From: an uncultured Acidobacteriaceae bacterium
GTDB taxonomy: Bacteria > Acidobacteriota > Terriglobia > Acidiferrales > UBA7541
Length of the DNA: 64,000 nt
NCBI GenBank assembly: GCA_963773835.1
Contig: CAVZCQ010000006.1
Location: 46,061-110,060, forward strand
Reading direction: 5' to 3'
This document shows positions 1 through 8,048 of the stretch, piece by piece. Each line of letters starts with the position of its first letter. Position 1 is the first letter of the stretch. The translations under genes were made by a program, and so were the position numbers. The notes under the pieces are model-generated. The model ran no database searches and had not been told where the DNA came from. It was given only the letters and a program-made list of their open reading frames with translations.

Positions 1-1099
1 AGGGAGCGGTGGCGGGCGCGCCCGGCGCGCGCGCCTGGCGCTCCGCAGCGATGCGGCGAAGCTCCCCGAACGTCATTCCCTCGCGCAGCAGCAACGGGAT
101 TCCCACCAGTGAGCAGCTCGCAAAGGTGACCAGCCACAAAGTGACCGCCGCGGCCATGGCCGGCTCCCGCGCCACGCCCAGAAACAGCGTCATGGCCAGG
201 AAAGTTCCCACCCACGAGCCGCCGCCGATTCCCGGCAATTGCAGCGTAGAACCGAGCATCGTGCATGCCAGTGTGAGCACGGCGGCCCGCAATCCGAATG
301 TCGCGAAACTCCCTCCAAAACTCCACGGCACCCAGCAATAAATCGACAGCACCAGAGCCCAGTGCGCAGCCGTCAGTGCGATGGCCGTGGCCAGATCCCC
401 CCAGGTCTGCAGCGCCTGCAATCCTTCCACGAATCCCGCAAACAGTCCCGCCGCGCTACGCCGCCAGCCCGCGGCCTCGCGCCAGCGCACTGCCACGCGG
501 GCCAACGCTCCGCCATTCGTCGCGTGGAGATAAATCAGGAAGACAACGGCGGCAACGAGCCCGGCAAACAGCAGGAATCCGGACTTCTGGAGCAGGGGCA
601 GAAATGACGAAACCGACGAGGATGGAGACTCGCTCTCCCGCTCGCGGAGGATGCCGGGCAGCAATACCAGGCTCCAGCCAGTCATGAAGATGGTCACCGC
701 GATGTCCAGCACGCGTTCCACCACGTAAATCCCGAACATGGCGGACATGGGCAGATGTTCGCGCCGGCCAATCAGCAACGGACGGACCGGTTCGCCGGCA
801 CGTCCCAAGAGCACGATGGCCACAAAGCCCATCAGCGTGGCTTCGAAAACGCTCCACACTCCCGCAGGGCCCAGATTATGGGATAGACGCACCCAGCGAA
901 GGCCGCGAATCCAGTAGCAGACGTAGATGGCGACAAGGGAAAGCAGCAGGAGATCCAGGCGGGCGCCGCGAAGCGCATCGCCCAGGCGGTCCCAACTGAA
1001 CCCCGGTATCCGCACCCTGCCGCGTGCGGCGTAAAGCAGCGCGCCGATGATAACGAGAGCCAGCAGCAGGATGAGGATTTTTCGCGCGGGACGGTTCAT
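1..1099 (-). CDS. Flippase-like / lysylphosphatidylglycerol-synthase-TM-region family (UPF0104-type) integral membrane protein; 3' end runs off the left window edge
   Basis: Absent from the ORF track because it has no in-window stop. My own reverse-strand translation from ATG 1099-1097 is uninterrupted to position 1. It is strongly hydrophobic (MNRPARKILILLLALVIIGALLYAARG...WIRGLRWVRL...GRAGEPVRPLLIGRRE...LQLPGIGGGSWVGTFLAMTLF...). The multi-TM pattern fits this family. Confidence 0.6.
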   Translation of the reverse strand, partial: MNRPARKILILLLALVIIGALLYAARGRVRIPGFSWDRLGDALRGARLDLLLLSLVAIYVCYWIRGLRWVRLSHNLGPAGVWSVFEATLMGFVAIVLLGRAGEPVRPLLIGRREHLPMSAMFGIYVVERVLDIAVTIFMTGWSLVLLPGILRERESESPSSSVSSFLPLLQKSGFLLFAGLVAAVVFLIYLHATNGGALARVAVRWREAAGWRRSAAGLFAGFVEGLQALQTWGDLATAIALTAAHWALVLSIYCWVPWSFGGSFATFGLRAAVLTLACTMLGSTLQLPGIGGGSWVGTFLAMTLFLGVAREPAMAAAVTLWLVTFASCSLVGIPLLLREGMTFGELRRIAAERQARAPGAPATAP

Positions 1100-1389
1100 T
1101 CCTACTGACCGTAGCAACAGGCGCGATGTGGTGTCAAGGAATGCGGTTGGTTGGAGGGTCATGGCGAGGAAGCAGGCTCTTGGCCGCAGAACATGGCGGA
1201 GAGCGCCTGGTGAGTACGTTTGTCGGCCCGAGTCCTGGGCTTGGCAGACTTGAGGATGGCGGAGAGGGCGGCCTGGATATCGGGAGAGGGGCTGCTATCG
1301 ATTTGCTCACAGTGGACGCGCTTAATGGGTGGCGCGCCTACGGCGCGAGAGACGAAGCGAAGAAAGACACGCTCCCGCCTACGCCAAGG

Positions 1390-1647
1390 CTTCGGCGGGC
1401 AGGCGGGATGACAGCGAGACAAGATGGAGACGTGCCTCAGGTCAGACCCCGTTCCGTAGCGTCGGGATCGGGGTCGGGACCTGAGCTACAGGGTCGGGGG
1501 GCGGGCAAGGTGGGCGTGCCCACCAACGCTCTCCGGAGCTTCGGCGGGCGGGCGGGATGACAGCGAGACAAGATGGAGACGTGCCTCAGGTCAGACCCCG
1601 TTCCGTAGCGTCGGGATCGGGGTCGGGACCTGAGCTACAGGGTCGGG
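1390..1647. repeat. Tandem direct repeat: two ~108-nt near-identical copies (1390-1497 and 1539-1647, period ~149 nt), each containing a long imperfect hairpin
   Basis: Both copies read cttcggcggg(c)aggcgggatgacagcgagacaagatggagacgtgcctcaggtcagaccccgttccgtagcgtcgggatcggggtcgggacctgagctacagggtcggg. The hairpin arms are ctcaggtcagaccccg (1436-1451) and cggggtcgggacctgag (1469-1485). Confidence 0.85.
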
Positions 1648-1649
1648 AG

Positions 1650-1702
1650 CGGGCAGGCCAGCCAAAGAGAGGGCACGGCATGCCGTGCCCCTACGGGGAC
1701 CG
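1650..1702. repeat. REP-like intergenic element (subfamily ii) containing the perfect 20-nt palindrome GGGCACGGCATGCCGTGCCC followed by CTACGGGG
   Basis: A 47-nt stretch (1656-1702) is identical to 2312-2358. The palindrome lies at 1671-1690. Confidence 0.85.
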
Positions 1703-1871
1703 GAGGCAGAGCGGGGGGGCGCGGCCCCGGTCCGCCGGATTGGTATCGGCGATAGCCGGAGCATCAGCAACCCGTGAGTCATTTCGCTGAAACTACTTGA
1801 CCCTGAATGGCGGCGGCGCGATATCTGCTAGGGAGAGATTCTGCGCGAGCCAACAAAAGCAGGAGGGACTC

Positions 1872-2297
1872 ATGAGCATCGCAGTGCAGAAATCAAAGGT
1901 CCAGGCTCAACCCCTTATCGCTGTGCGGAATGTAAGAGCGAGCAGCCGCTGGTACGCGGAACTGCTCGGGGCGGACTCGCTCCCCGAGCATCGCCATCGT
2001 GACCTGTACGAGCGGATCTCCTTGTGCGGTCAGCTGATTCTTCAACTCCACGCCTGGGACGAAGAGAATCATCCAAACCTTGTCAACGCGAATGCCGCGC
2101 CTGCCGGGCACGGGGTCCTGCTTTGGTTCCAGGTGGACGACTTTGACTCGGTGGTGGCGCGTGCGCGCGCATTGCGGAGCGAGATCATCGAAGAACCTCA
2201 CGTCAACCCGAGGCCCCAACATAGAGAAATGTGGCTCCGCGACCTCGACGGTTATGTGGTGGTGATTGCGGGTCCAGATGGCGAGTGCAGTTCGTAA
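1872..2297 (+). CDS. VOC (glyoxalase/bleomycin-resistance/dioxygenase) family protein, 141 aa
   Basis: ORF 1797..2297. I prefer ATG 1872, which is preceded by aggaggga. The sequence MSIAVQKSKVQAQPLIAVRNVRASSRWYAELLG...LILQLHAWD...GVLLWFQVDDFDSVVARARAL...REMWLRDLDGYVVVIAG is typical of VOC-fold proteins. Confidence 0.7.
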   Translation: MSIAVQKSKVQAQPLIAVRNVRASSRWYAELLGADSLPEHRHRDLYERISLCGQLILQLHAWDEENHPNLVNANAAPAGHGVLLWFQVDDFDSVVARARALRSEIIEEPHVNPRPQHREMWLRDLDGYVVVIAGPDGECSS

Positions 2298-2304
2298 CCT
2301 GTGC

Positions 2305-2358
2305 GCGGGCTGGCCAGCCAAAGAGAGGGCACGGCATGCCGTGCCCCTACGGGGACCG
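2305..2358. repeat. REP-like element (subfamily ii), second copy; possible terminator hairpin for the VOC gene
   Basis: Same sequence as 1650-1702. The palindrome GGGCACGGCATGCCGTGCCC lies at 2327-2346, 30 nt after the stop at 2297. There is no T-tract. Confidence 0.8.
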
Positions 2359-2523
2359 CAGACAGGGCGGACCGGGTCGCGAAGAGTGTGAGGGGCCGCC
2401 GGGGCCGTCTGACCGCTGCTGCGGAGTCTGGATGCGAGCCAGCCGCGGATACCCGCGATTGCCGGGCGGACTGCAAGATTCGGGAAAAATCTCCTGAGGG
2501 TTTCTGCTTCTGGTTTTCGGCGT

Positions 2524-2751
2524 TCAGTCGGCCGGGGAAAAGATCCAGTTAAAGGGCAGAATCCGGCGGAGTTTGGTTTTGGACGCTTTTCCTTGCCAGC
2601 CGCAATGCGGATTAGAACAGGAAATCTGCTCGCCTCCGAACAGTTCCATCGCTTCGACTTCTGAAAGCCAGGCCCTGGAGCACTTGCGTTGCAGACTGAT
2701 ATCGTGGCCGCCCTTGGGGCAAACGAAGATAAATCGGTAGGCTTTATTCAT
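2524..2751 (-). CDS. Small hypothetical Cys-containing protein (75 aa), possible zinc-ribbon-like
   Basis: ORF-track protein MNKAYRFIFVCPKGGHDISLQRKCSRAWLSEVEAMELFGGEQISCSNPHCGWQGKASKTKLRRILPFNWIFSPAD has non-repetitive, protein-like composition. It sits in a visibly lower-GC pocket. Cysteines are at positions 11, 24, 45 and 50. I recognise no family. Confidence 0.45.
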   Translation of the reverse strand: MNKAYRFIFVCPKGGHDISLQRKCSRAWLSEVEAMELFGGEQISCSNPHCGWQGKASKTKLRRILPFNWIFSPAD

Positions 2752-2940
2752 ACATTATTGTAACACGACCGGCTGAATCGGCCCACAGAGTGTGCCAGGT
2801 GGCGCGAGGCAGGCACCCTCCAAATGGGGGGCGGGCCCCCAGCACGCGGCGAGCAGGCTGCCGGAGGGATCTTGGCGCGAGGTAAGGCTCCTGCCTTGCT
2901 GCACTACACCAACCGGACTAAGATGCGAGGCAGTGGCGAG

Positions 2941-2966
2941 GGAACATTTCAGGCGGCGATTACGTT
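2941..2966 (+). promoter_or_regulatory. Candidate ECF-type (autoregulated) promoter GGAAC-N17-CGTT upstream of the ECF sigma gene
   Basis: GGAAC at 2941-2945, a 17-nt spacer, then CGTT at 2963-2966. The site is about 50 nt upstream of the TTG start at 3017. It resembles the generic ECF -35 GGAAC / -10 CGT motif. Confidence 0.35.
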
Positions 2967-3016
2967 TTGATGAATGAGGGCCGGAGCGGCACGCCGACGA
3001 CGAGGCAGATGGTCAC

Positions 3017-3586
3017 TTGGAGCCGGATTCTCAACTGGTCGGACAGTGCCTGCGCGGCGAGTCTGCGGCCTGGGAGGAATTGGTGAGGCGGCACACGCGG
3101 CGAGTGTACAACCTGGCCTACCGGTTTACGGGAAACCGGCAGGAAGCCGAGGACGTGTCGCAGGAAGTGTTCCTGAGGCTGTACCGTACGCTGGCGAGCT
3201 ACCGCGCGGTGCACGGGGAGTTCACCACCTGGCTGACGAGCGTGACGCGCAACCTGCTGATTGACCATTACCGGCGGACGCGGCGCGACCGGCTGACCGA
3301 TTCGCTGGACGACGAGACGTCTCCGGCGGAGCACAAAGCGTCGCCGGGAAGGCGGCCGGACGAGGCAGCGTCCGCCAGCGAGCTGAGCGTGCAGGTGCAG
3401 CAGGCACTGCAGAAGGTTTCGCCGGAGCTGCGCGAGGCGGTGATCCTGCGCGACCTGCAGGGGCTGGATTACCGGGAAATCCAGCAGGTGCTGAGCGTGC
3501 CGGAAGGAACGGTAAAATCGCGCATCAACCGCGGGAGGATCGAGCTGGCGCGGCTGTTGACGCAGATGGGAGTGCGGACGGAGTGA
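3017..3586 (+). CDS. ECF-family RNA polymerase sigma-70 factor (sigma-24 type), 189 aa
   Basis: Region 2 is AWEELVRRHTRRVYNLAYRFTGNRQEAEDVSQEVFLRLY...FTTWLTSVTRNLLIDHYRR. Region 4 is ELREAVILRDLQGLDYREIQQVLSVPEGTVKSRINRGRIELARLL. Confidence 0.9.
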   Translation: MEPDSQLVGQCLRGESAAWEELVRRHTRRVYNLAYRFTGNRQEAEDVSQEVFLRLYRTLASYRAVHGEFTTWLTSVTRNLLIDHYRRTRRDRLTDSLDDETSPAEHKASPGRRPDEAASASELSVQVQQALQKVSPELREAVILRDLQGLDYREIQQVLSVPEGTVKSRINRGRIELARLLTQMGVRTE

Positions 3587-3598
3587 ATCGCGAAGACT

Positions 3599-3632
3599 GG
3601 GGCACGATCCGCCGCAGGCGGATGCCCCTACG
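3599..3632. repeat. REP-like hairpin (subfamily i) GGGGCAcgATCCGCC-GCA-GGCGGATGCCCCTACG between the sigma and anti-sigma genes
   Basis: Stem ATCCGCC/GGCGGAT with the flanking GGGGCA...TGCCCC. It is closely related to the copy at 13794-13822. Confidence 0.7.
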
Positions 3633-3659
3633 AAGAAGGGAGCAGAATCGGAATAGGCC

Positions 3660-4301
3660 ATGTCGTGGACCTGCCTGAATACGGAAGAAGGGCTGCTGGA
3701 GTATCTGGAAGGCGAGCTGGCCTCTACGGAGCGCGCGCTGTTGGATGCGCATCTGGCGGAGTGCGCGGCCTGCCGGGCGCTGGCCGCACAGGTGCGCTGG
3801 GTGGAGATGCGGCTGCCGCGGCTGGAGCCGGAGATCGAGCCGGTGTGGCTGGTGAAGCGCATCCTGGCGGCGACGACCGCAGCGGAGCGGGAGAAGCGGG
3901 AAAGCACGTGGAAAACGATCCTGGCTGGGCTGTCCTCTCCGCGATTTGCCGTTGGGCTGGGCGCCGTGGCGGCAACCATCTTTATCCTGTTCCAGGCGCT
4001 GGGGATTAATCCGAGGAAAATCACAGCGCAGGATTTGAATCCGGTAAACGTATACCGGGCCGCAGACCGCGCAGCGCACCTGACCTACGCGCGCAGCCTG
4101 CGGTTTGTGAATGATATGCGCGTGGTATACGAAATCCGATCGCGGCTCGAGGAGGCTTCGGCAACGCCGACTCCGCCGGCCCAGCAGGAGGCGCCAAAGA
4201 CGACGCCTTCGCCGCAGTCCGAGCGACAACTAAAGAATGATTTGCTGCGGAAAGGTCCCGCGATGAGCGCGGCCGTGGCGGGGATGGGAGGAGTGCTGTG
4301 A
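3660..4301 (+). CDS. Membrane-anchored ZAS-type (zf-HC2) anti-sigma factor, 213 aa
   Basis: N-terminus MSWTCLNTEEGLLEYLEGELASTERALLDAHLAECAAC carries C5-x25-H31-x3-C35-x2-C38. A single TM segment FAVGLGAVAATIFILFQALGI follows. The gene lies directly downstream of the ECF sigma gene. Confidence 0.8.
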   Translation: MSWTCLNTEEGLLEYLEGELASTERALLDAHLAECAACRALAAQVRWVEMRLPRLEPEIEPVWLVKRILAATTAAEREKRESTWKTILAGLSSPRFAVGLGAVAATIFILFQALGINPRKITAQDLNPVNVYRAADRAAHLTYARSLRFVNDMRVVYEIRSRLEEASATPTPPAQQEAPKTTPSPQSERQLKNDLLRKGPAMSAAVAGMGGVL

Positions 4302-4900
4302 GCGCGCCGGGCGAAGGAGCGCCGGCCGCGGGCCCGAGCCCCGGAACCCCGGGAACAGGCTATTGCCGGCAATGCGGGAAGGCCCTAACACCGGAAACGT
4401 GGCGCGAGGTTGGCGGTGCATTCTACTGCCCGGACTGCCTGGCCACGATGATCGGCCAGGCGCAGGCGCAGCCGCGCAGCAAAAGCGGAGAGAAACGCGC
4501 GGCGACGGCCGCGGCGCTGGGGATCATCCCGGGACTGGGGGCGGTGTACAACGGCGAGTACGTGAAGGCGTTGATCCACGTGCTGGTGTTCGGCACCATC
4601 ATCAGTCTGATCGATCATTCGCCGGGGATCTTTGTGCCCCTGCTGGTGGCCTGGATTTTCTATATGCCGTTCGAGGCCTATCAGACGGCGAAGGCGAAGG
4701 CCGCGCTCGGGGGCGCGCGCCCGAGCGAGGCGGCGGGGCGGCAGCGCGAGACGCTGGGCCCGATCCTGTTGATCGCCGTGGGGACGCTGGCGCTGCTCAA
4801 TGAGCTGAACATCATCGATATCGACAAGATCCTGGATTTCTGGCCGTTGGGATTGATTGCCCTCGGCATCTGGCTGCTGGTGAAACGGCAGGAAAGGTAA
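4298..4900 (+). CDS. Zinc-ribbon membrane protein with a C-terminal LiaI/LiaF-like (DUF5668-type) TM region, 200 aa
   Basis: The GTG start overlaps the upstream stop (GTGA). CRQCGKALTPETWREVGGAFYCPDC is a CxxC...CxxC ribbon. Hydrophobic helices follow, ending in LGPILLIAVGTLALLNELNIIDIDKILDFWPLGLIALGIWLLVKR. Confidence 0.6.
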   Translation: MSAPGEGAPAAGPSPGTPGTGYCRQCGKALTPETWREVGGAFYCPDCLATMIGQAQAQPRSKSGEKRAATAAALGIIPGLGAVYNGEYVKALIHVLVFGTIISLIDHSPGIFVPLLVAWIFYMPFEAYQTAKAKAALGGARPSEAAGRQRETLGPILLIAVGTLALLNELNIIDIDKILDFWPLGLIALGIWLLVKRQER

Positions 4901-4911
4901 AGGCGAAACGC

Positions 4912-5166
4912 ATGGGCATTTACTATCGGCGGCGCGGTCTGGTGGGCCCGGTGGTGCTGATTACCATCGGGGCGATCTTTCTGGCGGACCGCTGGTGGCC
5001 GGGGATGAGCTTCGGACGGCTGTGGCCGCTCATCCTGATTGCGATCGGGCTGGTGCGGCTGCTGGAGATGAGCATGAGCCGGGACGACACCGTGTACCCA
5101 GCGCCGCCGCAGAATCCGCCTTCCCCGCCGCCCAATGCTCCTCCGCCGCCGGGCGGCTCGCAATGA
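4912..5166 (+). CDS. Small DUF5668 / LiaI-LiaF-like TM-region membrane protein, 84 aa, Pro-rich tail
   Basis: MGIYYRRRGLVGPVVLITIGAIFLADRWWPGMSFGRLWPLILIAIGLVRLL forms two TM helices with the same pattern as the neighbouring genes. Confidence 0.55.
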   Translation: MGIYYRRRGLVGPVVLITIGAIFLADRWWPGMSFGRLWPLILIAIGLVRLLEMSMSRDDTVYPAPPQNPPSPPPNAPPPPGGSQ

Positions 5167-6545
5167 ACCCTGATGCAAGGCAGGCGCGCGACCCAAGAGA
5201 AGTCGTAATGCGCAATCGTGGTCCATTCCGGTCGGTGGCCGGCGCGCTGTTTCTGGTGATTATCGGCTCGCTCTTCCTGATCCACAATTTCCGGCCTGAC
5301 CTGATTCAATGGCGGTTCCTGGGGAAGTGGTGGCCGGTACTGCTGATCCTGTGGGGCGTGATCCGCCTGGTGGAGAATCTGAGCGGGAGCGGGAGGCGAG
5401 GACTGCGGGGCGGCGAACTGTTTCTGCTGATTGTGCTGGTGCTGGTGGGAGTGGCTATCTCGTACGGCCCACGGATTCAGCTGCCGGAGGCGGAGCCGGA
5501 GGACATGCCCTTCATGGAGACGGCGGACGCGTCGCAGGAGTTGCCGCCCCGCAACCTGGAACCCGGGGCGGTGGTGCGCATTACGACGGCGATGGGCGAC
5601 ATCAGCGTGGACGCGAGCGGCGACGAGAAACAACTGCGCGTGCTGGTGAGGAAGACGGGCTATGCCATGTCGCAGGACGATGCGCGCTCGCAGGCCGCAG
5701 GGGCGAAGGTGAACGTGCAGCAGTCTGGGCGCGACGTGAGCCTGGAGGCGGAATCCCAGGGGCGGAGCGACAATACGACGCGCGTGAGCTTTGAGGTGCA
5801 TCTGCCGCGCAACGTGGCGCTGGACCTGCGCACCGGGCACGGCGACGTGAAGGTGAATGGGGTGAGCGGGAACGTTGCGGCGAGCGATACGAAGGGCGAC
5901 GTGACACTGCGCGACATCGGCGGCGATGCGCGGGTGGACGTGGGCCGGGGCGACGCGCGCGTTTCGGCGACGAAGGGCAACGTGCACGTCTCGGGAAAAG
6001 GAAGCGAGGTGGAAGTGACGGACGTGGGAGGCGCGGCCACGATTGACGGCGAGTTTTACGGACCGATCACGGCGCGGAACGTGGCCGGGGGCGCGCGCTT
6101 CGTCTCCTCGCACACGGATATGACTATAGGCGCTCTGCCGGGACGGATGACGGTGGAGTCGGGAGACCTGAGCGTATCGAACGCTTCCGGGCCGTTCGTG
6201 CTGACCACCGGCGACAAATCCGTTTCGCTCGAAGACCTTTCCGGGCGCATCCGGGTGCAGGACAAACGCGGCGATATCTCCCTGCGGCTGAAGACGGCGC
6301 CGAAGGAAGAAATCGATCTGAACAACGATTCGGGAGCCATCGAGCTGGCGCTGCCGGCAAAATCGGCGTTCGAGATTTCCGCGCTATCGCGCGGGGGCGA
6401 CATCGACAACGAGCTGGACCCGGCCGCTCTGAAAGTCACGCGGCAGGGGAGCGATTCGAAGCTGGAAGGCAAGGCCGGCGGGAAAGGCCCGAAAATCACG
6501 CTGAACACCTCGTACGGGGCGATCCGGCTGAAGCCGTCGGATTAG
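5163..6545 (+). CDS. DUF4097-family (putative adhesin / LiaF-C-like beta-strand repeat) protein with an N-terminal DUF5668-like TM region, ~460 aa
   Basis: In-frame ATG 5163 overlaps the upstream stop (ATGA); the track ORF from 4995 is over-extended. The N-terminal TM helices are FRSVAGALFLVIIGSLFLIHNF and WWPVLLILWGVIRLV. Repeated strands follow: GDVKVNGVSGNVAASDTKGDVTLRDIGGDARVDVGRGDARVSATKGNVHVSGKGSEVEV... Confidence 0.7.
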   Translation: MNPDARQARDPREVVMRNRGPFRSVAGALFLVIIGSLFLIHNFRPDLIQWRFLGKWWPVLLILWGVIRLVENLSGSGRRGLRGGELFLLIVLVLVGVAISYGPRIQLPEAEPEDMPFMETADASQELPPRNLEPGAVVRITTAMGDISVDASGDEKQLRVLVRKTGYAMSQDDARSQAAGAKVNVQQSGRDVSLEAESQGRSDNTTRVSFEVHLPRNVALDLRTGHGDVKVNGVSGNVAASDTKGDVTLRDIGGDARVDVGRGDARVSATKGNVHVSGKGSEVEVTDVGGAATIDGEFYGPITARNVAGGARFVSSHTDMTIGALPGRMTVESGDLSVSNASGPFVLTTGDKSVSLEDLSGRIRVQDKRGDISLRLKTAPKEEIDLNNDSGAIELALPAKSAFEISALSRGGDIDNELDPAALKVTRQGSDSKLEGKAGGKGPKITLNTSYGAIRLKPSD

Positions 6546-6565
6546 CAGGCAGCGCACCACGGGAA

Positions 6566-6584
6566 GGGCATGCCGCGCCCCTAC
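6566..6584. repeat. Degenerate REP-like copy GGGCATGCCGCGCCCCTAC between convergent genes
   Basis: Shares GGGCA..TGCCG.GCCCCTAC with the copies at 1671 and 2327. It lacks the full palindrome. Confidence 0.45.
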
Positions 6585-6590
6585 TACCTC

Positions 6591-7763
6591 TTAGCGCCGC
6601 GCTACGGAACGTAATTCCTCGAAGAAACCGGGATAGGAAACGCTTGCGCATTCGGCGCCGCGAATTGTGGACTCGGTGCGCGCGCCGAGGGCGGCAATGG
6701 CGAGCGCCATGGCCAGGCGATGGTCGCCCCGCGGGTCCAGTTCCGCGCCGCGCAGGCCCGCTCCGCCGGTTTCGGCGCGTCCGGCCACGCGCAGCCCGTC
6801 GTCGAATTCCTCCACCTGCGCTCCCATGAGCCGCAGATTCTCGGCCAGCACGGCGATGCGGTCGCTTTCCTTTACGCGCAGCTCGCGCGCGTCGCGGATT
6901 TCGATTCCCTGCTCGGTGAATGGCCCCAGCGCGGCCAGCATGGGCAGCTCGTCAATCATACGGGCAACGTCTGCGCCGCGAAACGTGCCGCCGCGGAGCG
7001 GGGCCGTGCCGCTCGGGCCTGCTTCCAGGTCGCCTACGAGTTCGCCCGATTGTTGTTCGAGACGCGAGACGCGAATGGCTGCGCCCATCTGGACCAGGAA
7101 GTCGAGCACGGCGCTTCGCGTGGGATTCAGGCCGACGCCGGGCAGCATCAGCTTCGAGCCGGGAAGGATGGAGGCAGCGGCCAGGAAGAAGACGGCGGAG
7201 GAAAGGTCGCCGGGGACCGCCAGGTCGCGCGCGTGGAGCTGCATGCCGCCGGCAATTTCGATGCGCTGGCCATGGCGATGGACCGCGGCGCCGAATTCGG
7301 CGAGCGCGATTTCCGTGTGGTCGCGCGTGCGCACCGGTTCGATTACTGCGGTGGTGCCCGCAGCATAGAGGCCGGCGAGAAGAATCGCGGATTTCACCTG
7401 CGCGCTGGCGACCGGCAGCGTGTACTCGATAGCGCGGAGAGGAGCGCCGGTGATTTCGAGCGGGGCAAACCCGCCGCCGCGGGCCTGGATGCGCGCGCCC
7501 ATCTCTGTGAGCGGGTCGATGACGCGCCGCATGGGGCGGCTTCGGAGGGAGGCGTCTCCGGTGAGCCGGGAGGAGAAGGACTGGCCGGAGAGCGCTCCGG
7601 CCAGCAGACGGATTGTGGTGCCGGAGTTCTCCGCATCCAGGGCGCGGCGGGGTTTCTGCCAGCCCGCGAGACCGCGGCCGTGGATACGAACCACACGGAG
7701 GCTGGCTGCGGCATCGTCGCGGGAACGGGCTACCCCGCGCGTGTCTTTCACGTCTATCTTCAC
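6591..7763 (-). CDS. aroA: 3-phosphoshikimate 1-carboxyvinyltransferase (EPSP synthase, class II), C-terminal ~390 codons of an apparently frameshifted gene
   Basis: LDAENSGTTIRLLAGAL...LTGDASLRSRPMRRVIDPL...LPVASAQVKSAILLAGL...EPVRTRDHTE...VPGDLSSAVFFLAAA...RVKESDRI...DHRLAMA are class II AroA motifs. The track start (GTG 7763) is an artefact of the frameshift. Confidence 0.9.
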   Translation of the reverse strand: MKIDVKDTRGVARSRDDAAASLRVVRIHGRGLAGWQKPRRALDAENSGTTIRLLAGALSGQSFSSRLTGDASLRSRPMRRVIDPLTEMGARIQARGGGFAPLEITGAPLRAIEYTLPVASAQVKSAILLAGLYAAGTTAVIEPVRTRDHTEIALAEFGAAVHRHGQRIEIAGGMQLHARDLAVPGDLSSAVFFLAAASILPGSKLMLPGVGLNPTRSAVLDFLVQMGAAIRVSRLEQQSGELVGDLEAGPSGTAPLRGGTFRGADVARMIDELPMLAALGPFTEQGIEIRDARELRVKESDRIAVLAENLRLMGAQVEEFDDGLRVAGRAETGGAGLRGAELDPRGDHRLAMALAIAALGARTESTIRGAECASVSYPGFFEELRSVARR

Positions 7764-7945
7764 ACCGAGGCGCTCGAGGCACGCCAGGGTCTCGAGCAGT
7801 CGGCTGCGGGCGAATAGTTCTGGATTTCGCTGGCGCCCTCCGCCAGCGCTGCCAGGATGGCCAGCCGGTGAGAGATGGATTTGTCGCCCGGCACGACGAT
7901 GCCGCCCGTGAGAAGCCGGGCGGGTGCGATGGCCCGTTTCGCCAT
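7760..7945 (-). CDS. aroA: N-terminal fragment of aroA (first ~49 codons in frame, then an out-of-frame tail)
   Basis: MAKRAIAPARLLTGGIVVPGDKSISHRLAILAALAEGASEIQNYSPAADC is the canonical AroA N-terminus (GDKSISHR). The other frame continues LETLACLERLGVKIDVKD into the 390-aa ORF. Confidence 0.85.
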   Translation of the reverse strand: MAKRAIAPARLLTGGIVVPGDKSISHRLAILAALAEGASEIQNYSPAADCSRPWRASSASV

Positions 7946-8048
7946 GGGGCGATTCTACAGCAGGGGCGGGAGGGCTGCGGGGAGCCGGTTAACCCCCAAG
8001 CGGGAAAACCCTGCGAGGGTTAGGCGAATCAAGTAGAATGAGAAGATT

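Noticed and set aside
1159-1422. 87-aa minus-strand ORF with coding-like GC3 in its 3' two-thirds (…IKRVHCEQIDSSPSPDIQAALSAILKSAKPRTRADKRTHQALSAMF…)
   Set aside because: Its start lies inside the 108-nt repeat. It has no recognisable family, no RBS and no canonical start for the plausible part. It may be a gene remnant, but I cannot support a call.
2960-4024. 354-aa minus-strand ORF, 3525..4229 (-) and 4923..6113 (-)
   Set aside because: Antisense to the ECF sigma / anti-sigma / DUF4097 operon, whose plus-strand products have clear family motifs.
4995-5162. Upstream extension of the DUF4097 ORF overlapping the 84-aa DUF5668 gene
   Set aside because: The extension is out of frame with the convincing small membrane protein and reads as Ala/Arg-rich nonsense. 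ATG 5163 gives an ATGA stop/start overlap, which is typical of operons.
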